Source of the DNA: an uncultured delta proteobacterium
Lineage (GTDB): Bacteria > Desulfobacterota > BSN033 > UBA1163
Length of the DNA stretch: 64,000 nt
Assembly: GCA_963827685.1 (NCBI GenBank)
Contig: CAWHBU010000006.1
Location: forward strand, 320,001 to 384,000
Direction: 5' to 3'
Shown piece by piece: positions 48,200 to 59,525 of the stretch. Made by a program: the position numbers and the translations under genes. The notes under the pieces were generated by a model. It worked only from the letters and a program-made list of their open reading frames with translations. It searched no databases and was not told where the DNA came from. Within the stretch, counting starts at the first letter, position 1. Each line of letters starts with the position of its first letter.

Positions 48200-48353
48200 G
48201 TGAAGCTCTCCGGCCACAGGCCGGGGCTTCCCGGGCACGCAGTGGCGAGCGGAAAGCGAGCAAATGAAATATCGTTTTAATTGTGCCCCTTAACCCCGCC
48301 TACCTGCCTACCGCAGGCAGGCAAGGCGGGGCTTGCGGGGCACTTGCCGGCCA
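48200..48353. mobile_element. IS200/IS605-like non-autonomous remnant
   Basis: Hairpins CTCCGGCCACAGGCCGGGG and CCCCGCC...GGCGGGG with nested CCTGCCTACCGCAGGCAGG. Confidence 0.5.
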
Positions 48354-48475
48354 AAAACCCTTGCCCGCCCCCAGTTTTTCCTTATCCTTTCCAGGCCGGG
48401 TGGCTTGCTCCTAAAAAACTCAGTACTTCTAAAAAACTGGGAGAGGGCAAGTTAACAGACTTTCATATGTCGAAG

Positions 48476-49333
48476 TTATGGCAGTTCCCGCGGCCTCTGG
48501 CGTTGGCGGTAAGCCTCAATATAGCGTCTTGCACGTCTATCGCGGCCGAGCATCAGATCAGCAGCCAGAATGGCTGGCCGCACCTGCGCTACATCCACAA
48601 TCAGGCAGGTAACCCCTGCGGCAACAGCCATGACGACGAAGGCACTATTGAGCAAGTCACGATCAGGCAAGCCAAAAGAGACATTGCTGGCTCCCAGTGT
48701 CAGGTTTACTCCCAATTCGGCCTTAATCCTTCGAATCGCTTCTATGACGGCTGGTCCGGAGCTGGGATCGGCTCCTACAGCGAAAGTCAGACAATCGATA
48801 ATTATGTCCTCTCGAGCAATACCCACTGTCTCAGCACGCTCGACTAATTTATGGGCAACGGCTACCCTCCGCTCTGAATCCTTTGGAATCCCCTTGTCAT
48901 CTTGCACCAAACCAATGACGGCTGCTCCATATTCTTTGACCAAAGGGAGAACTTTGGCTAAGGAGTGTTCTTCACCCGTCACCGAGTTAATGAGCGGCTT
49001 GCCTTTGTAGACTTTAAGAGCTGCCTCTAATGCCTTAGGATCAGCACTATCAAGGCACAGAGGTATATCTATTGTGTCGATCACTGCCTTCACTGCCAGG
49101 GGAAGGAGGGTCACCTCATCCACACCGAATGTCCCCACGTTGATATCAAGAATGTCCGCCCCGGCTTGTGCTTGAGCGAGGGCTTCTTTACGGACCATCT
49201 CCAGGTCGCCTGCCTTCAAAGCTTCTGCTAGTTTTTTCTTGCCCGCAGGATTGATCCTCTCGCCAATCAGTGCTGTGGGCTGGTCATCACTAATGATGAC
49301 TTCTTTCGTAGGGCTTGACACTCTGGTCTCCAT
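48476..49333 (-). CDS. Pterin-binding methyltetrahydrofolate:corrinoid methyltransferase (MT2/AcsE-like)
   Basis: IGERINP, DILDIN, LCLDS, INSV, GASNVSFGLP.R. Confidence 0.88.
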   Translation of the reverse strand: METRVSSPTKEVIISDDQPTALIGERINPAGKKKLAEALKAGDLEMVRKEALAQAQAGADILDINVGTFGVDEVTLLPLAVKAVIDTIDIPLCLDSADPKALEAALKVYKGKPLINSVTGEEHSLAKVLPLVKEYGAAVIGLVQDDKGIPKDSERRVAVAHKLVERAETVGIAREDIIIDCLTFAVGADPSSGPAVIEAIRRIKAELGVNLTLGASNVSFGLPDRDLLNSAFVVMAVAAGVTCLIVDVAQVRPAILAADLMLGRDRRARRYIEAYRQRQRPRELP

Positions 49334-51183
49334 CAGTCCATCTCCTCCCTCTTGCCATCTCTCATCCTATATCGTCCTAAGTAACTCGCCTGAATGAACG
49401 TCTGCTCAAAGTTAGGAGCACTGCCTAATTCAATATACTTGACCCCGGAGGCAATGGCTTGGGTCTTCGCCCGCTCGCTAAGGGAGATCAGAGCGAGCTT
49501 GGCTCCCATGCCAGCCGCGTTTCCTACCTGCCGAAAGCGGTTGAGAGGCAGTGATGGCAACATTCCAATGGCCACTGCACTGGCCACATCGATGTAGGTG
49601 CCAAAAGCTCCGGCAATGATCACCTGCTTCATTTCCTCTTCAGAACAACCGTTCGTTTCCAGAAGCACCTGGATGCCGGCGCGAATGGCTGCCTTGGCCA
49701 GCTGCAATTCTCTCACATCGCGTTGAGTGATCGTGATGGCTGGCTGCCCACCCCGTTCCTCCTCACCCACCAACACAAACTCGCGTTGCCCCTTGGAGGT
49801 ACGGACACGTGGATGGTTGTCCATGATCCTACCTCCTTCATCCAGTATTCCAGCCAGATGAAGCTGAGACAGGGCATCAAGTATTCCAGACCCGCAAATA
49901 CCAATGGGCGGCGCTTGATTTATCGTCTGGTACTGAACGCTACCATCTGCTATTCGTAATCGTTCGATCGCTCCTGTGGCAGCCCTCATACCATCCTTGA
50001 TATGACCTCCTTCGAATGCAGGGCCGGAGGCACAGGAGACGGCAGTGATCTCCCCATGGTTGACTAAAGAGACCTCGGTATTCGTCCCGATGTCCAGAGC
50101 CACGATTGGCCCTGCCGCCTGTTCGACTTCCGTTGCCAGCAACATCGCCACGTGGTCGGCACCAACAAAACCAGCGATGTTAGATAAAAGATGAACATAT
50201 GCCCCTGGAGCAATACGTAAGCCCAAGTCCCTTGCCTTAACGTCCAGAGCCCTGCTGACCGCAGGGACAAAGGGAGAGAGAGCAAGTTGCCTGACGGGTA
50301 AGCCGAGAAAAAGGTGGTGCATGGCTGTATTGCCTACGACCACTGCCTCAACAATCGCCTCTGTGTTGACGTTGACCTCAGTACACAGGTCAGCGGAGAG
50401 CTCGTTGATTGCTTCGACAGCCAACTTCTGTATCCGTACGCCTTCATCCGGCGATTGAATGACAACAGTCATACGGCTGATGATATCCTCCCCAAGGCTG
50501 ATCTGGGGATTCATGATTCCTTTGGCTGCTAAGGTCCTGCCGTCGCTCAGGTCAACCAGATAGCCGGCAATCTTGGTTGTGCCCAAGTCTATGGCTAAAC
50601 CCAATGGGTGGCTTGTGCAGGGAACGAGAGCTACCACTTCGTCATTGCGAACTGCAGCCTGGCACTTCCAGTCCCATGACCGCAACTGATCAGAAAGGAC
50701 ACGGAGGGCACCAATATCCACTTTACTGCAGTGTAATGAGTGCTGCTGGTTTAGTGCATCGAGCAGGCGATCGGCATCAGCATGGGGGGCAGACAGGGAA
50801 GGAGCCGAAAGTTGTAAAGCGTAGGCACGGACAGGCGGCTCCGGCTGGACGGCTATCTCTAATCCCTCCACCTGGATCCGCTGTGGGGTTGTCATTGACT
50901 CGGGTGGCACAGTCAATTTGCAGTCACTGATAGGATAAGTCTGACAGGCCAGACGCCAGCCCTCTTTCAATTCTTGAGATGTAAAGGTCTCCAGTTCGTT
51001 TGATGTTGGTTCTGAGACCGTTCCACTTAGAACTTGCACCTTGCATGAATGGCACGTTCCTCTGCCTCCACAGATGCTACTGATTCCCACACCAAGCCGG
51101 CAAGCACAAGCCAAAAGAGACTCGTTCCTCTGACACTTGCCTCTTCGGCCAACTGGCTCAAGATCGATTATACAAACGGCCAT
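49333..51183 (-). CDS. ASKHA corrinoid reductive activator with 2Fe-2S domain (RACo-like)
   Basis: CGGRGTCHSC, RLACQ, DLGTT, DIGTNTE, AGAFG, GNAA. Confidence 0.9.
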   Translation of the reverse strand: MAVCIIDLEPVGRRGKCQRNESLLACACRLGVGISSICGGRGTCHSCKVQVLSGTVSEPTSNELETFTSQELKEGWRLACQTYPISDCKLTVPPESMTTPQRIQVEGLEIAVQPEPPVRAYALQLSAPSLSAPHADADRLLDALNQQHSLHCSKVDIGALRVLSDQLRSWDWKCQAAVRNDEVVALVPCTSHPLGLAIDLGTTKIAGYLVDLSDGRTLAAKGIMNPQISLGEDIISRMTVVIQSPDEGVRIQKLAVEAINELSADLCTEVNVNTEAIVEAVVVGNTAMHHLFLGLPVRQLALSPFVPAVSRALDVKARDLGLRIAPGAYVHLLSNIAGFVGADHVAMLLATEVEQAAGPIVALDIGTNTEVSLVNHGEITAVSCASGPAFEGGHIKDGMRAATGAIERLRIADGSVQYQTINQAPPIGICGSGILDALSQLHLAGILDEGGRIMDNHPRVRTSKGQREFVLVGEEERGGQPAITITQRDVRELQLAKAAIRAGIQVLLETNGCSEEEMKQVIIAGAFGTYIDVASAVAIGMLPSLPLNRFRQVGNAAGMGAKLALISLSERAKTQAIASGVKYIELGSAPNFEQTFIQASYLGRYRMRDGKREEMD

Positions 51184-51393
51184 TCTCTTCCTATTTGGGT
51201 TCTATTTTGCTTCTCCACTCACGGATGTTTTCTATAAGGACAGGTCTTCCTGAAGCTACTCGCTTGATAGCCATGCGATTGTACCCATTCAATACATCAG
51301 TGAAACATGACCTCCTTCAAATTAAACTAAAGCTTGGTCTACTTGCTCTTGGCTCTTTCAATATGCACACGACGATATGAACAGGGCTTTGAA

Positions 51394-52137
51394 TTACGGA
51401 TGAGGGGTAATCCCCAACTTAACAAGCAGGCGTGTGACAAATTCCGGTCCATCCGGTTCATACGCAGGAAGAACCCATGGCATATCCCTCAACGCCTGTA
51501 GCATGGAAGGCAGCAAGTCAAAAGGGATAGATACAAGTTGGAGACCTTCCGGAAACAACTTCCTTCGTCTCATGCCGTGGCCAAGACCAGTCACAGTGTA
51601 ATTCAGTTCCCCAGTAAGATATGGATAAATGTAAATCCATGCGCATCCGATCGCAGGCGAGAACTTGCTCGACCACATTTCCCCCGTTCTATAGCTCATT
51701 GCCCTCAGTAAAATTTCTGTTTGGTTGGTCTTGGCGAGGATGATCAAGACATCCGGCTCGAAGGGGAGTTTGTCCAACGGGGAAAAGGCAATATAATTAA
51801 CCACACCTCTCCCTATCTTTGGGATATAATGGTACAGTCTACCGGCGGAACGCGGCTCCTCGAAGATCTTTAACCCGGCTCCGAATGCTCCACTGATAAA
51901 AGGTCCTGGGGCATCTGCCTGACCTAATATATACAGGCCAGCCTCACAGGTATGGTTTTCTGCGTCGGCAAAAAAGGCATTCCCTTTCTGTGCTCTCTTG
52001 AGCATTTCGCAGAGAGCCATCTTTTCGTCGAGCCTCTCGACCTTGTCCGGCCGTTTGGCCAGGAATTTGACGCCTACAGGCGGTACGTCGAAGGCAAATT
52101 TGTCCAATATAGCCAAATCTTTCTTAGTAAGAGTCAT
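51394..52137 (-). CDS. DUF169 family protein
   Basis: PVGVKF, CEM, HTC..G, FEPDV. Confidence 0.75.
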   Translation of the reverse strand: MTLTKKDLAILDKFAFDVPPVGVKFLAKRPDKVERLDEKMALCEMLKRAQKGNAFFADAENHTCEAGLYILGQADAPGPFISGAFGAGLKIFEEPRSAGRLYHYIPKIGRGVVNYIAFSPLDKLPFEPDVLIILAKTNQTEILLRAMSYRTGEMWSSKFSPAIGCAWIYIYPYLTGELNYTVTGLGHGMRRRKLFPEGLQLVSIPFDLLPSMLQALRDMPWVLPAYEPDGPEFVTRLLVKLGITPHP

Positions 52138-52370
52138 TTAAACCACCTATTGGATGAACAGCAAAATAGCTCGATAGATATCTTTCATTCCAAATCGTAA
52201 TACCTAACGTACGGTAGAGATGAGCTTATCCGACAGAATCATGTTAACTGTTGCATAGCGGGGAGAAATGGTATCCTTTTCGACCGGTAATACCAGAAGC
52301 TATTTTTTGCTCTTTAGTTTCATTGGAGGTTTCCGGGAGCTCTACATACATAGAGCTCCCGAGATCATTG

Positions 52371-53624
52371 TTACTTGCGGGTATAGATGTTGCGTAGGGG
52401 GTAGATACCCACTTTTACCACCTTACCCTTCTGCACTTGGTCAATACGTACCTTATCAACACCCTGGATCTGACCCGGGCCATAGCTCAGCGGTGTACTG
52501 CTTATATCACCGGTGTCAAGCTTTTTAATCTTGTAAAAGCCCTGCTCCAACACGTCTTCCCGCGTGAGCTTTTCAAAGGGTACCTTTTGCACGGCCAACC
52601 GTAACGCCTCAACCTGGATCATGCCCTCAAGGAAACCTCCCTCATACATGATGTGATTGACAAATTTGCCGGGGTGAGACCTCTTCTGCGCTTCGATCAT
52701 GAACTTTACACCTGGGGCAGGATCGTCCCAAGAGGGGAAGCTACCAGCGCAGACATAACCGTCGCCCAGCTCACCCATCGCTCCTGCAAACACGACAGCG
52801 TGACCAGGCGAGGCGACGCCAAAGGTCATCTTGTAGGGTTGATAGGGTCCCATCCCCAGCCTGACCATCTCCTTGACCGTCGGCTGTGAACCGGGGTTGA
52901 TCATAACGCCAAGGGCAAGATCAACACCCTTTTCTTTGAGCCATGTAAGTTGGGTGGTTGGTGGCGAGGTAGGCACGAGAGGCACATACTGGGTACCCAC
53001 AAACTCATAGCCGATCTTCTCGAGATACGCCTTCATCTCCGGTATCTCAATCGACCTGCCCATGGCGTTATCAGCGGTCAGGTAGGCAACCTTTGGCTTT
53101 CTCGCTCCCTTCCAGTTTTCTTTAAACCAGTCGGCGATAGCGGCCAAACAATCGGTATAAATGGGGTAATAGGTGAAGATACTTTGAGGCGGTGTCAGGA
53201 GGTACGGTCCGGTGGCCATACTCGTGGCGCCCATATGGTCCTCCCATAATCTGTCTTTAAGTGCCAGCGCTATCGGTGACCCCGATATCCTGTAGACCAG
53301 CATACCCTTAGCCTTGAGCTCCTCATAGATTGGCAGCGCCTTAGCAGGTTTGAGCTCATCATCCCGCCACATCACTTCCAAGGTGATATCGGCGGGAAAT
53401 TTCTCTTTTCGCCACGGAGCCAATTTTTTTGTCTCATTTACATATTTGACATAATCCTCAATGGCAGACAGCACTGCCGCCGAATCCTCAGCAAAGGGCC
53501 CGGTTAGCGACTGAGTGCCGCCGACATAGAGTGTTTTTGCGGCATGGGCGCTAACAGACAATAACGATGTTGCCGCCATTAAAACCATTGTGCTAACTGC
53601 TAATATCCATCTCATTTTAGCCAT
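52371..53624 (-). CDS. Liv-type ABC substrate-binding protein
   Basis: Signal peptide, SLTGPFA; operon context. Confidence 0.85.
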   Translation of the reverse strand: MAKMRWILAVSTMVLMAATSLLSVSAHAAKTLYVGGTQSLTGPFAEDSAAVLSAIEDYVKYVNETKKLAPWRKEKFPADITLEVMWRDDELKPAKALPIYEELKAKGMLVYRISGSPIALALKDRLWEDHMGATSMATGPYLLTPPQSIFTYYPIYTDCLAAIADWFKENWKGARKPKVAYLTADNAMGRSIEIPEMKAYLEKIGYEFVGTQYVPLVPTSPPTTQLTWLKEKGVDLALGVMINPGSQPTVKEMVRLGMGPYQPYKMTFGVASPGHAVVFAGAMGELGDGYVCAGSFPSWDDPAPGVKFMIEAQKRSHPGKFVNHIMYEGGFLEGMIQVEALRLAVQKVPFEKLTREDVLEQGFYKIKKLDTGDISSTPLSYGPGQIQGVDKVRIDQVQKGKVVKVGIYPLRNIYTRK

Positions 53625-53771
53625 GTCCTTCCTCCTTTCCAATCTAATGTATGATTTCGTTTACACCCCCAATCAACCTCGTTCAAACCTTAAACCTTTG
53701 CACCTCCTTTCCCTTCTTTAATTCTAAAAACGATACATGGGGCATTCAGTGAAATTGTATCTCACCGCCTC

Positions 53772-54827
53772 TCACTCTGATACTTCATGGGAGAAGGGCC
53801 AAAGCCTGAAGTAGGCCTTGATCATCTCCCAGCGGTGATGAAGCCCCCGGGGTTCAAAAATGAGGAAGAGGATGATGATCAATCCGTGGGAGATGAGGGC
53901 CAACGAGGCGGCTGCCTGGGGAGCAACGGCTGCGGATAGAATGGGGCCCGCCATGGTAACCAGCTCATCCAGCAGCTTGAGGGCAACGGCACCAAAGATA
54001 GCCCCCGTCATACTGCCCATACCTCCCACGATGAGCATCCCCAGATACCAGACTGAATCCATAAAGGGAAACTGGTCTGTACTGGCGAAACTAAAGTAGT
54101 GAACGAGCAGTGACCCGGCCACTCCGGCATAGACACAGCCGATGAAGAATGCCTGTAACTTATAACTCCAGAGACTAATCCCCATGACCTCAGCCGCCAG
54201 GTCGTTATCACGGATGGCGATGAAGGCCCTGCCTGCCCTGGTCCGCACTATGTTTTTAGCCAGGAGCGTGGCCAGGCAGGTCAATACCATGACCAGGTAG
54301 AAATAGTTGGCCTTGGAACTTAGCACGATGCCACCTATCGTGGGTGTAGGTACGCTTAAACCATCAGGACCACCGGTGATGCTGCGGAGTTGGATGATGG
54401 TCCAGATGATGATAAACTGTGCGGCGATGGTCGCCATGATGAGGTAGAAGCCCTTGATCTTTAAGGATGGCAGCCCGAAGATCAAGCCTGTTATGCCCGC
54501 AGCAAGGGCAGCACAGGGGAGGGCCGCCCAGAACGGCAAGCCAAGCTTGGCGCACAAAATAGCCGAGGTATAACCACCGACTGCCATAAAGCCCGCATGC
54601 CCTATGGAGATTTGACCGCAAAATCCGGTGAGAATATTGAGCCCGTGGACGCTGATCACAGCAATACCCATCATGGTCATTATGGTCAGCATCCTGTCAC
54701 TGGAAAAGAGGGGGCAGGCGAAAAGAACGATGAGGAAGGCAAATAAAACTCCCCGGTGCAGCTTCGTGTGGAAGATAGCCATATCCTGCGCATAATTCTC
54801 GTGGAAGCTTCCGGAGCGTAGGCCCAT
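53772..54827 (-). CDS. Liv-type ABC permease (LivM-like)
   Basis: GQISIGHAGF, GRAFIAIRDN, VGGMGS. Confidence 0.92.
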   Translation of the reverse strand: MGLRSGSFHENYAQDMAIFHTKLHRGVLFAFLIVLFACPLFSSDRMLTIMTMMGIAVISVHGLNILTGFCGQISIGHAGFMAVGGYTSAILCAKLGLPFWAALPCAALAAGITGLIFGLPSLKIKGFYLIMATIAAQFIIIWTIIQLRSITGGPDGLSVPTPTIGGIVLSSKANYFYLVMVLTCLATLLAKNIVRTRAGRAFIAIRDNDLAAEVMGISLWSYKLQAFFIGCVYAGVAGSLLVHYFSFASTDQFPFMDSVWYLGMLIVGGMGSMTGAIFGAVALKLLDELVTMAGPILSAAVAPQAAASLALISHGLIIILFLIFEPRGLHHRWEMIKAYFRLWPFSHEVSE

Positions 54828-54830
54828 GGG

Positions 54831-55718
54831 TTAAACCCTTTCTATCCTGGACAGACCAAATAGCCCGTACGGCCTGAAGATGAGCACAATAATCATAACA
54901 AAAAATGGGAATACCTTAGCCAGTCCACCGCCGGGCAGGAGTGGATCCAGGTACCCGGCCGCTACATTCTCCAGCATACCCAGTATGATTCCGGCTACAA
55001 TGGCCCCGCCGATGGAGTTTGCCCCACCCAACAGCACGACGGCGAATGCTTTGAGGCCGACTTCAGCGAGTTCCATATTCGCGCCAGAAACGCCCCCCAA
55101 AAGGATACCGCCGATGACACCGACAACAGAGGCAATAACCCATGAGACGGCATAGACTGTCGTTGCCCTGATACCCACACTCTGCACCACCTGCAGATCC
55201 TCGGCAGTGGCCCTCATCGCTAATCCAATCTTTGTATAGCGAAAGAAAAGCATGAGTATCGTGACTGTAGCAATAGACACGATGAGTCCAATCAATGATT
55301 CTGAGGGTACGGATATCGCGTCTACCTTTAGGGTTATTGTCGGCAGTAATCCATGGTAAGCCTTATATTCGGCACCCCAGATCAGGGTTGCCAGCCCTTC
55401 CAATACCGTGGCGAGGGCTATGGTCACCATGATGATCGCAAGTATTGGTTGACCCACCAGAGGGCGGAGGGTAAAGCGTTCTATTGCCAGGCCCATGAGG
55501 ACTGCCGTGGCGATCGCCATGCCGAGGGCGGCCCATATCGGTAGGCCGAACGGCACTAAGAAGGTATAGCCGAGATAGCCACCGATCAAAACAAAGTGTC
55601 CCTGGGCAATGTTAAACACCTCAGAGCATTTAAGAATGATCACAAACCCTATAGCAATAAGGGCATAGATCATGCCGAGAGCAAAACCAGTTACGACTAA
55701 TTGGAGAAAGAAAGTCAT
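54831..55718 (-). CDS. Liv-type ABC permease (LivH-like)
   Basis: YALIAIG, FNIAQG, GLAMRA. Confidence 0.92.
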   Translation of the reverse strand: MTFFLQLVVTGFALGMIYALIAIGFVIILKCSEVFNIAQGHFVLIGGYLGYTFLVPFGLPIWAALGMAIATAVLMGLAIERFTLRPLVGQPILAIIMVTIALATVLEGLATLIWGAEYKAYHGLLPTITLKVDAISVPSESLIGLIVSIATVTILMLFFRYTKIGLAMRATAEDLQVVQSVGIRATTVYAVSWVIASVVGVIGGILLGGVSGANMELAEVGLKAFAVVLLGGANSIGGAIVAGIILGMLENVAAGYLDPLLPGGGLAKVFPFFVMIIVLIFRPYGLFGLSRIERV

Positions 55719-57646
55719 AAGGCAGCCCCTCCAACAGACTTGATGCTTAGAATCGTCTTGATCGTCTCCACTCGGCTACCCCGGTATCTGACCTGAGCTT
55801 CTATGGGCACCTCGGTTTTATCCTCATAGATCGCATCGATCAGCTCGCGGTAGCGCTCTTCCAAAAATGTCTTTCTCAGCTTCCTGTTTCGGGTGAGCTC
55901 ACCTTCATCAGGATCGAATTCCTTGTGTAGATTGACATATTTCCTTACCCTGGCCCCAGGAGACAATGTGCTGTTTATTCGATCGATCTCTTGCTCCACC
56001 AGCTCATAAACCTCCGGCTTCTGGGAAAGCTCGGCGAAGGTACTATAAGCCACCCTCCTTTGTCCAGCCCATCTGCTGACATTCGCATAGTTAATGACGA
56101 TGATGGCCGAGGCGTACTCCCTCTTTGGACCGGCGAATACCCATGCGTCCTTAATGTAAGGGCTGAACCTCAGTCGGCTCTCGATAAATTGGGGGGCCAA
56201 TTTATCGCCACAGGCTAATTCGACAAGGTCCCCTACCCTATCCACAAATATAACGTGCCCTTCCTCATTAATGAAACAGCTATCTCCACTACAAAACCAC
56301 CCATCTTTCAGCACCTCAGCCGTCTTCTCCGGATCCTTATAGTAACCGACAAAAACACCAGGCTGCCGATAGATGAGTTCACCGTTATCGGCTATTTTTA
56401 CCTCTGTCCCCTCGTGAACAGGACCTACGGTCTCTAAACGGATATCATCATCCCTGGTGCCAGTGAGAGCTCCTCCCTCCGTTGTCCCGTACACGCTTTT
56501 GAGAGGAAGTCTTAAAGCATGGTAGAAACTGAAGGCATCGGAGCTGAGCATAGCACCGGTGGTATAGCAGATCCTGGCATTTGACAGACCAAGGCTGCTT
56601 CGGATGGGTCTAAATAGGATGATGTCAGCCAGGGGATAGAGTACTTTTAAGAACAGGTTTGGCTTTTTCTTTTGAAACTTTGGAGCGGCCACCTTATAAC
56701 CAATTGGCATGAGCAGGCGGAAAGCGAACCTTTGGATGGCGTCAGCGCCAAGAATCTGTGCCTGAAGGGTAGCGGCCTGACTTTCCCATATCCGAGCTCC
56801 GTAAAATACAATGCTTGGTTCTGTTTCCCTCGTGTCCCGCTGTTGGGTTTCCGGCGCTTCAGCAAAGTTCAGGATGCACCCCGATAGCAGATGGCAGCCG
56901 ATCCCAAACCATTGCTCGGTCATCCAAGCGGGTGGCAGGTAGGGAACAACATTATCATTCTCATACCATGGATCGAGATGTAAGTGATAGTTGGCGCCTG
57001 CCCTCATCGTCTTATAGGTGTGGACAGCTCCTTTAGGTACGCCGGTGGTTCCAGAGGTGTAGACCAGGGCGCAGATATCATCCGCTTTGCCGGTTTCCAG
57101 ATTCTGTTCAAAGAGTCCGGGGTGTTCTTCTTCATATTTTTCTCCCAGTTGCAGCAATTGCCTGTATCCCATCAAAATGGGATCATGATAGTGGGCGAGT
57201 CCCTTATAGCTCCAGTAAGTTAGCTTCTTGAGTAGGGGAAGCTCATCCTTGATTTGGAGAAACTTATCCACCTGCTCCTGATTTTCAACGATAGCAAATC
57301 TCGCCTCGGAATTTTCGGCGATGTGTTTTATCTCCAATGGAGTTAAATCTGAATACAATCCCACTGAAGCTCCATGGTTAGCCTGGGCTGCCAGCTCAGC
57401 ATAATACCAGTGTGGGGCATTGTCTCCAATAATAAGCAGCTTATCTCCAGGTTCAAAGCCGAGGGATAGCAAACCAAGGGCCAGGTATTTGACATTGAAA
57501 TAGTAGTCCTTCCACGTATAAGGCTGCCAGATACCGTAACGCTTATAACGCATGGCTCTATGGCCATCCCCATACTTCTCATAGTTATATTTGAGTACTT
57601 TGGGCCAGGTATCACCCTTTTCTCTGTAGACTTGGTCCGTAGTCAT
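55715..57646 (-). CDS. Long-chain acyl-CoA synthetase-like AMP-binding protein
   Basis: YTSGTTGVPKG, YGTTE, GWFCSGD, GELT...KLR. Confidence 0.9.
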   Translation of the reverse strand: MTTDQVYREKGDTWPKVLKYNYEKYGDGHRAMRYKRYGIWQPYTWKDYYFNVKYLALGLLSLGFEPGDKLLIIGDNAPHWYYAELAAQANHGASVGLYSDLTPLEIKHIAENSEARFAIVENQEQVDKFLQIKDELPLLKKLTYWSYKGLAHYHDPILMGYRQLLQLGEKYEEEHPGLFEQNLETGKADDICALVYTSGTTGVPKGAVHTYKTMRAGANYHLHLDPWYENDNVVPYLPPAWMTEQWFGIGCHLLSGCILNFAEAPETQQRDTRETEPSIVFYGARIWESQAATLQAQILGADAIQRFAFRLLMPIGYKVAAPKFQKKKPNLFLKVLYPLADIILFRPIRSSLGLSNARICYTTGAMLSSDAFSFYHALRLPLKSVYGTTEGGALTGTRDDDIRLETVGPVHEGTEVKIADNGELIYRQPGVFVGYYKDPEKTAEVLKDGWFCSGDSCFINEEGHVIFVDRVGDLVELACGDKLAPQFIESRLRFSPYIKDAWVFAGPKREYASAIIVINYANVSRWAGQRRVAYSTFAELSQKPEVYELVEQEIDRINSTLSPGARVRKYVNLHKEFDPDEGELTRNRKLRKTFLEERYRELIDAIYEDKTEVPIEAQVRYRGSRVETIKTILSIKSVGGAAL

Positions 57647-57734
57647 TATCTTTACGATCTTCCTCAATAATTTTTGATCCCCCCTCGCCCCCCCCTTTAG
57701 AAAAGGGGGGATGGGGGGATTTGAAAATTATTTT

Positions 57735-58529
57735 CTAGGCCAGCCACCGCTTCCTTCGCCGGTAGTGCTTAACTTCACGATAGCTCTTTTTGGAGCCAAC
57801 TGCCGATAGTCCCAGATAGAATTCCCGAACATCCTCATTGTCCCTTAACTTCTCAGCCGGGCCGGATAGAACTACCCTGCCATTCTCCATCACATAGCCA
57901 TAGTCAGCGATACCCAGGGCTGCCCTGACATTTTGCTCTACAAGGAGTATTGACATCTTTTGCTCTGCGTTGATTCTCTGGATAATTTGATAGATGTCTT
58001 CCACCAGCAATGGGGCAAGACCGAGTGAAGGCTCATCAAGAAGCATGAGCTTAGGACGTGCCATGAGCGCTCGCCCTATCACCAACATCTGCTGTTCCCC
58101 GCCAGACAGATAGCCGCTCACGTGGCGGCGGAGGTCTTTAATCTTAGGAAGGTAACCGAAGACCAGTTCCAGATCCCTCTTGACTCCAGCCCGGTCTTTG
58201 CGGCAGTAAGCACCCACCAATAAATTCTCTTCAACACTGAGGTGCTCAAGAACCCTTCGTCCCTCCATGGCCTGGCTTATGCCCATAGCGGCAATATCCT
58301 CAGGACCATACCTGTCTATTCTCTTGCCGTCAAATTCAATGCTGCCGTCCGTCACATCTCCCTCTTCTGTCTTGAGCATTCCTGATATTGCCTTTAGTGT
58401 CGTCGTCTTGCCCGCGCCATTGGCCCCGAGCAGGGCAACCATCTTGCCGTCACCTACCTCGAGTGAAACGCCTCGCAGCACCTGAATTACATTCATATAG
58501 ACAACTTCAATATTGTTTACTTGGAGCAT
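57735..58529 (-). CDS. ABC ATPase (LivF-like)
   Basis: GANGAGKTT, LSGGEQQM, LDEPSLGLAP. Confidence 0.93.
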   Translation of the reverse strand: MLQVNNIEVVYMNVIQVLRGVSLEVGDGKMVALLGANGAGKTTTLKAISGMLKTEEGDVTDGSIEFDGKRIDRYGPEDIAAMGISQAMEGRRVLEHLSVEENLLVGAYCRKDRAGVKRDLELVFGYLPKIKDLRRHVSGYLSGGEQQMLVIGRALMARPKLMLLDEPSLGLAPLLVEDIYQIIQRINAEQKMSILLVEQNVRAALGIADYGYVMENGRVVLSGPAEKLRDNEDVREFYLGLSAVGSKKSYREVKHYRRRKRWLA

Positions 58530-58553
58530 TATTCCTACTCTACATGAAAGAAA

Positions 58554-58646
58554 TCAGGAGTTAGAATGCAGAATACAGAATTCAGAATAAGAATCTTAAT
58601 CTTTTGGCCTTCTCTCCTGGATTCTGTCTCCTGTATTCTGGATTCT
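58554..58646. repeat. Heptamer-repeat inverted element
   Basis: CAGAATN repeats followed by complementary ATTCTG repeats. Confidence 0.6.
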
Positions 58647-58703
58647 TTCATCTTTCGTTATAACCATAGTCGTTTATATGAAAGAAGGGATTACGGTCCA
58701 TGC

Positions 58704-59525
58704 TTATTTTCCTTTCCCTAGGTAAGCACTGATCACATCGGGATTCATGCTAATTTCAGCAGGAGTGCCCTCGGCAATCTTGCGGCCGAAATCGAGGACG
58801 ATGATCCTGTCCGCAATGTCCATCACGACCCCCATATCATGTTCGACGAGGATAATACAACGAATGCCATCCCTCAGGACGGGTGTATCAGGATAGGTGG
58901 CTCCTTGACCTTCGAATACATCAATAATAAATCGAGCAATATCCTCCTTCTCCTCCAGGTTCATCCCTGCCATAGGCTCATCAAGAAGCAGAACCTTCGG
59001 CTCCAGGGCTAACGCCCTTGCCAGCTCCACCCTCTTTCGCATCCCGTAGGGAAGAAGGCCAACGACCTTTTTTCTAATGGGAGCGATCTCCAAAAAATCG
59101 ATAATCTCTTCGACGGTCTGGCGGTGCTTGATTTCCTCGTTAAGTGCCCATCCAACGTATAGCCCGCCAGCGATGAAGCTTTGCCGCATGAGCGCGTGTC
59201 GAGCGGCCATAATGTTATCTTGAGTGCTCAGTCCGGTATAGAGTTCGATGTTTTGGAAGGTTCTTGCAATGCCGAGTTTAGCCAGCTTGTCCGGCCGCAT
59301 CCGGGTAATCCTTTTTCCATCGTAGTATATCTCGCCCCTTTGAGGTTTATAGAAACCGTTGATGCAGTTGAGGAGGGCAGTCTTGCCAGCACCATTAGGC
59401 CCGATGATAGCAAGGATCTCTCTATCCCTGATCTCCATGCTTACGTCAGCAAGGGCACTGACACCGCCAAAGCTGAGCAAAAGGTTATCAATCCGTAATC
59501 TGACTTGACAAGCTGGCTTTTTCAT
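58704..59525 (-). CDS. ABC ATPase (LivG-like)
   Basis: GPNGAGKT, ARTFQN, LDEPMAG, VEHDM. Confidence 0.93.
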   Translation of the reverse strand: MKKPACQVRLRIDNLLLSFGGVSALADVSMEIRDREILAIIGPNGAGKTALLNCINGFYKPQRGEIYYDGKRITRMRPDKLAKLGIARTFQNIELYTGLSTQDNIMAARHALMRQSFIAGGLYVGWALNEEIKHRQTVEEIIDFLEIAPIRKKVVGLLPYGMRKRVELARALALEPKVLLLDEPMAGMNLEEKEDIARFIIDVFEGQGATYPDTPVLRDGIRCIILVEHDMGVVMDIADRIIVLDFGRKIAEGTPAEISMNPDVISAYLGKGK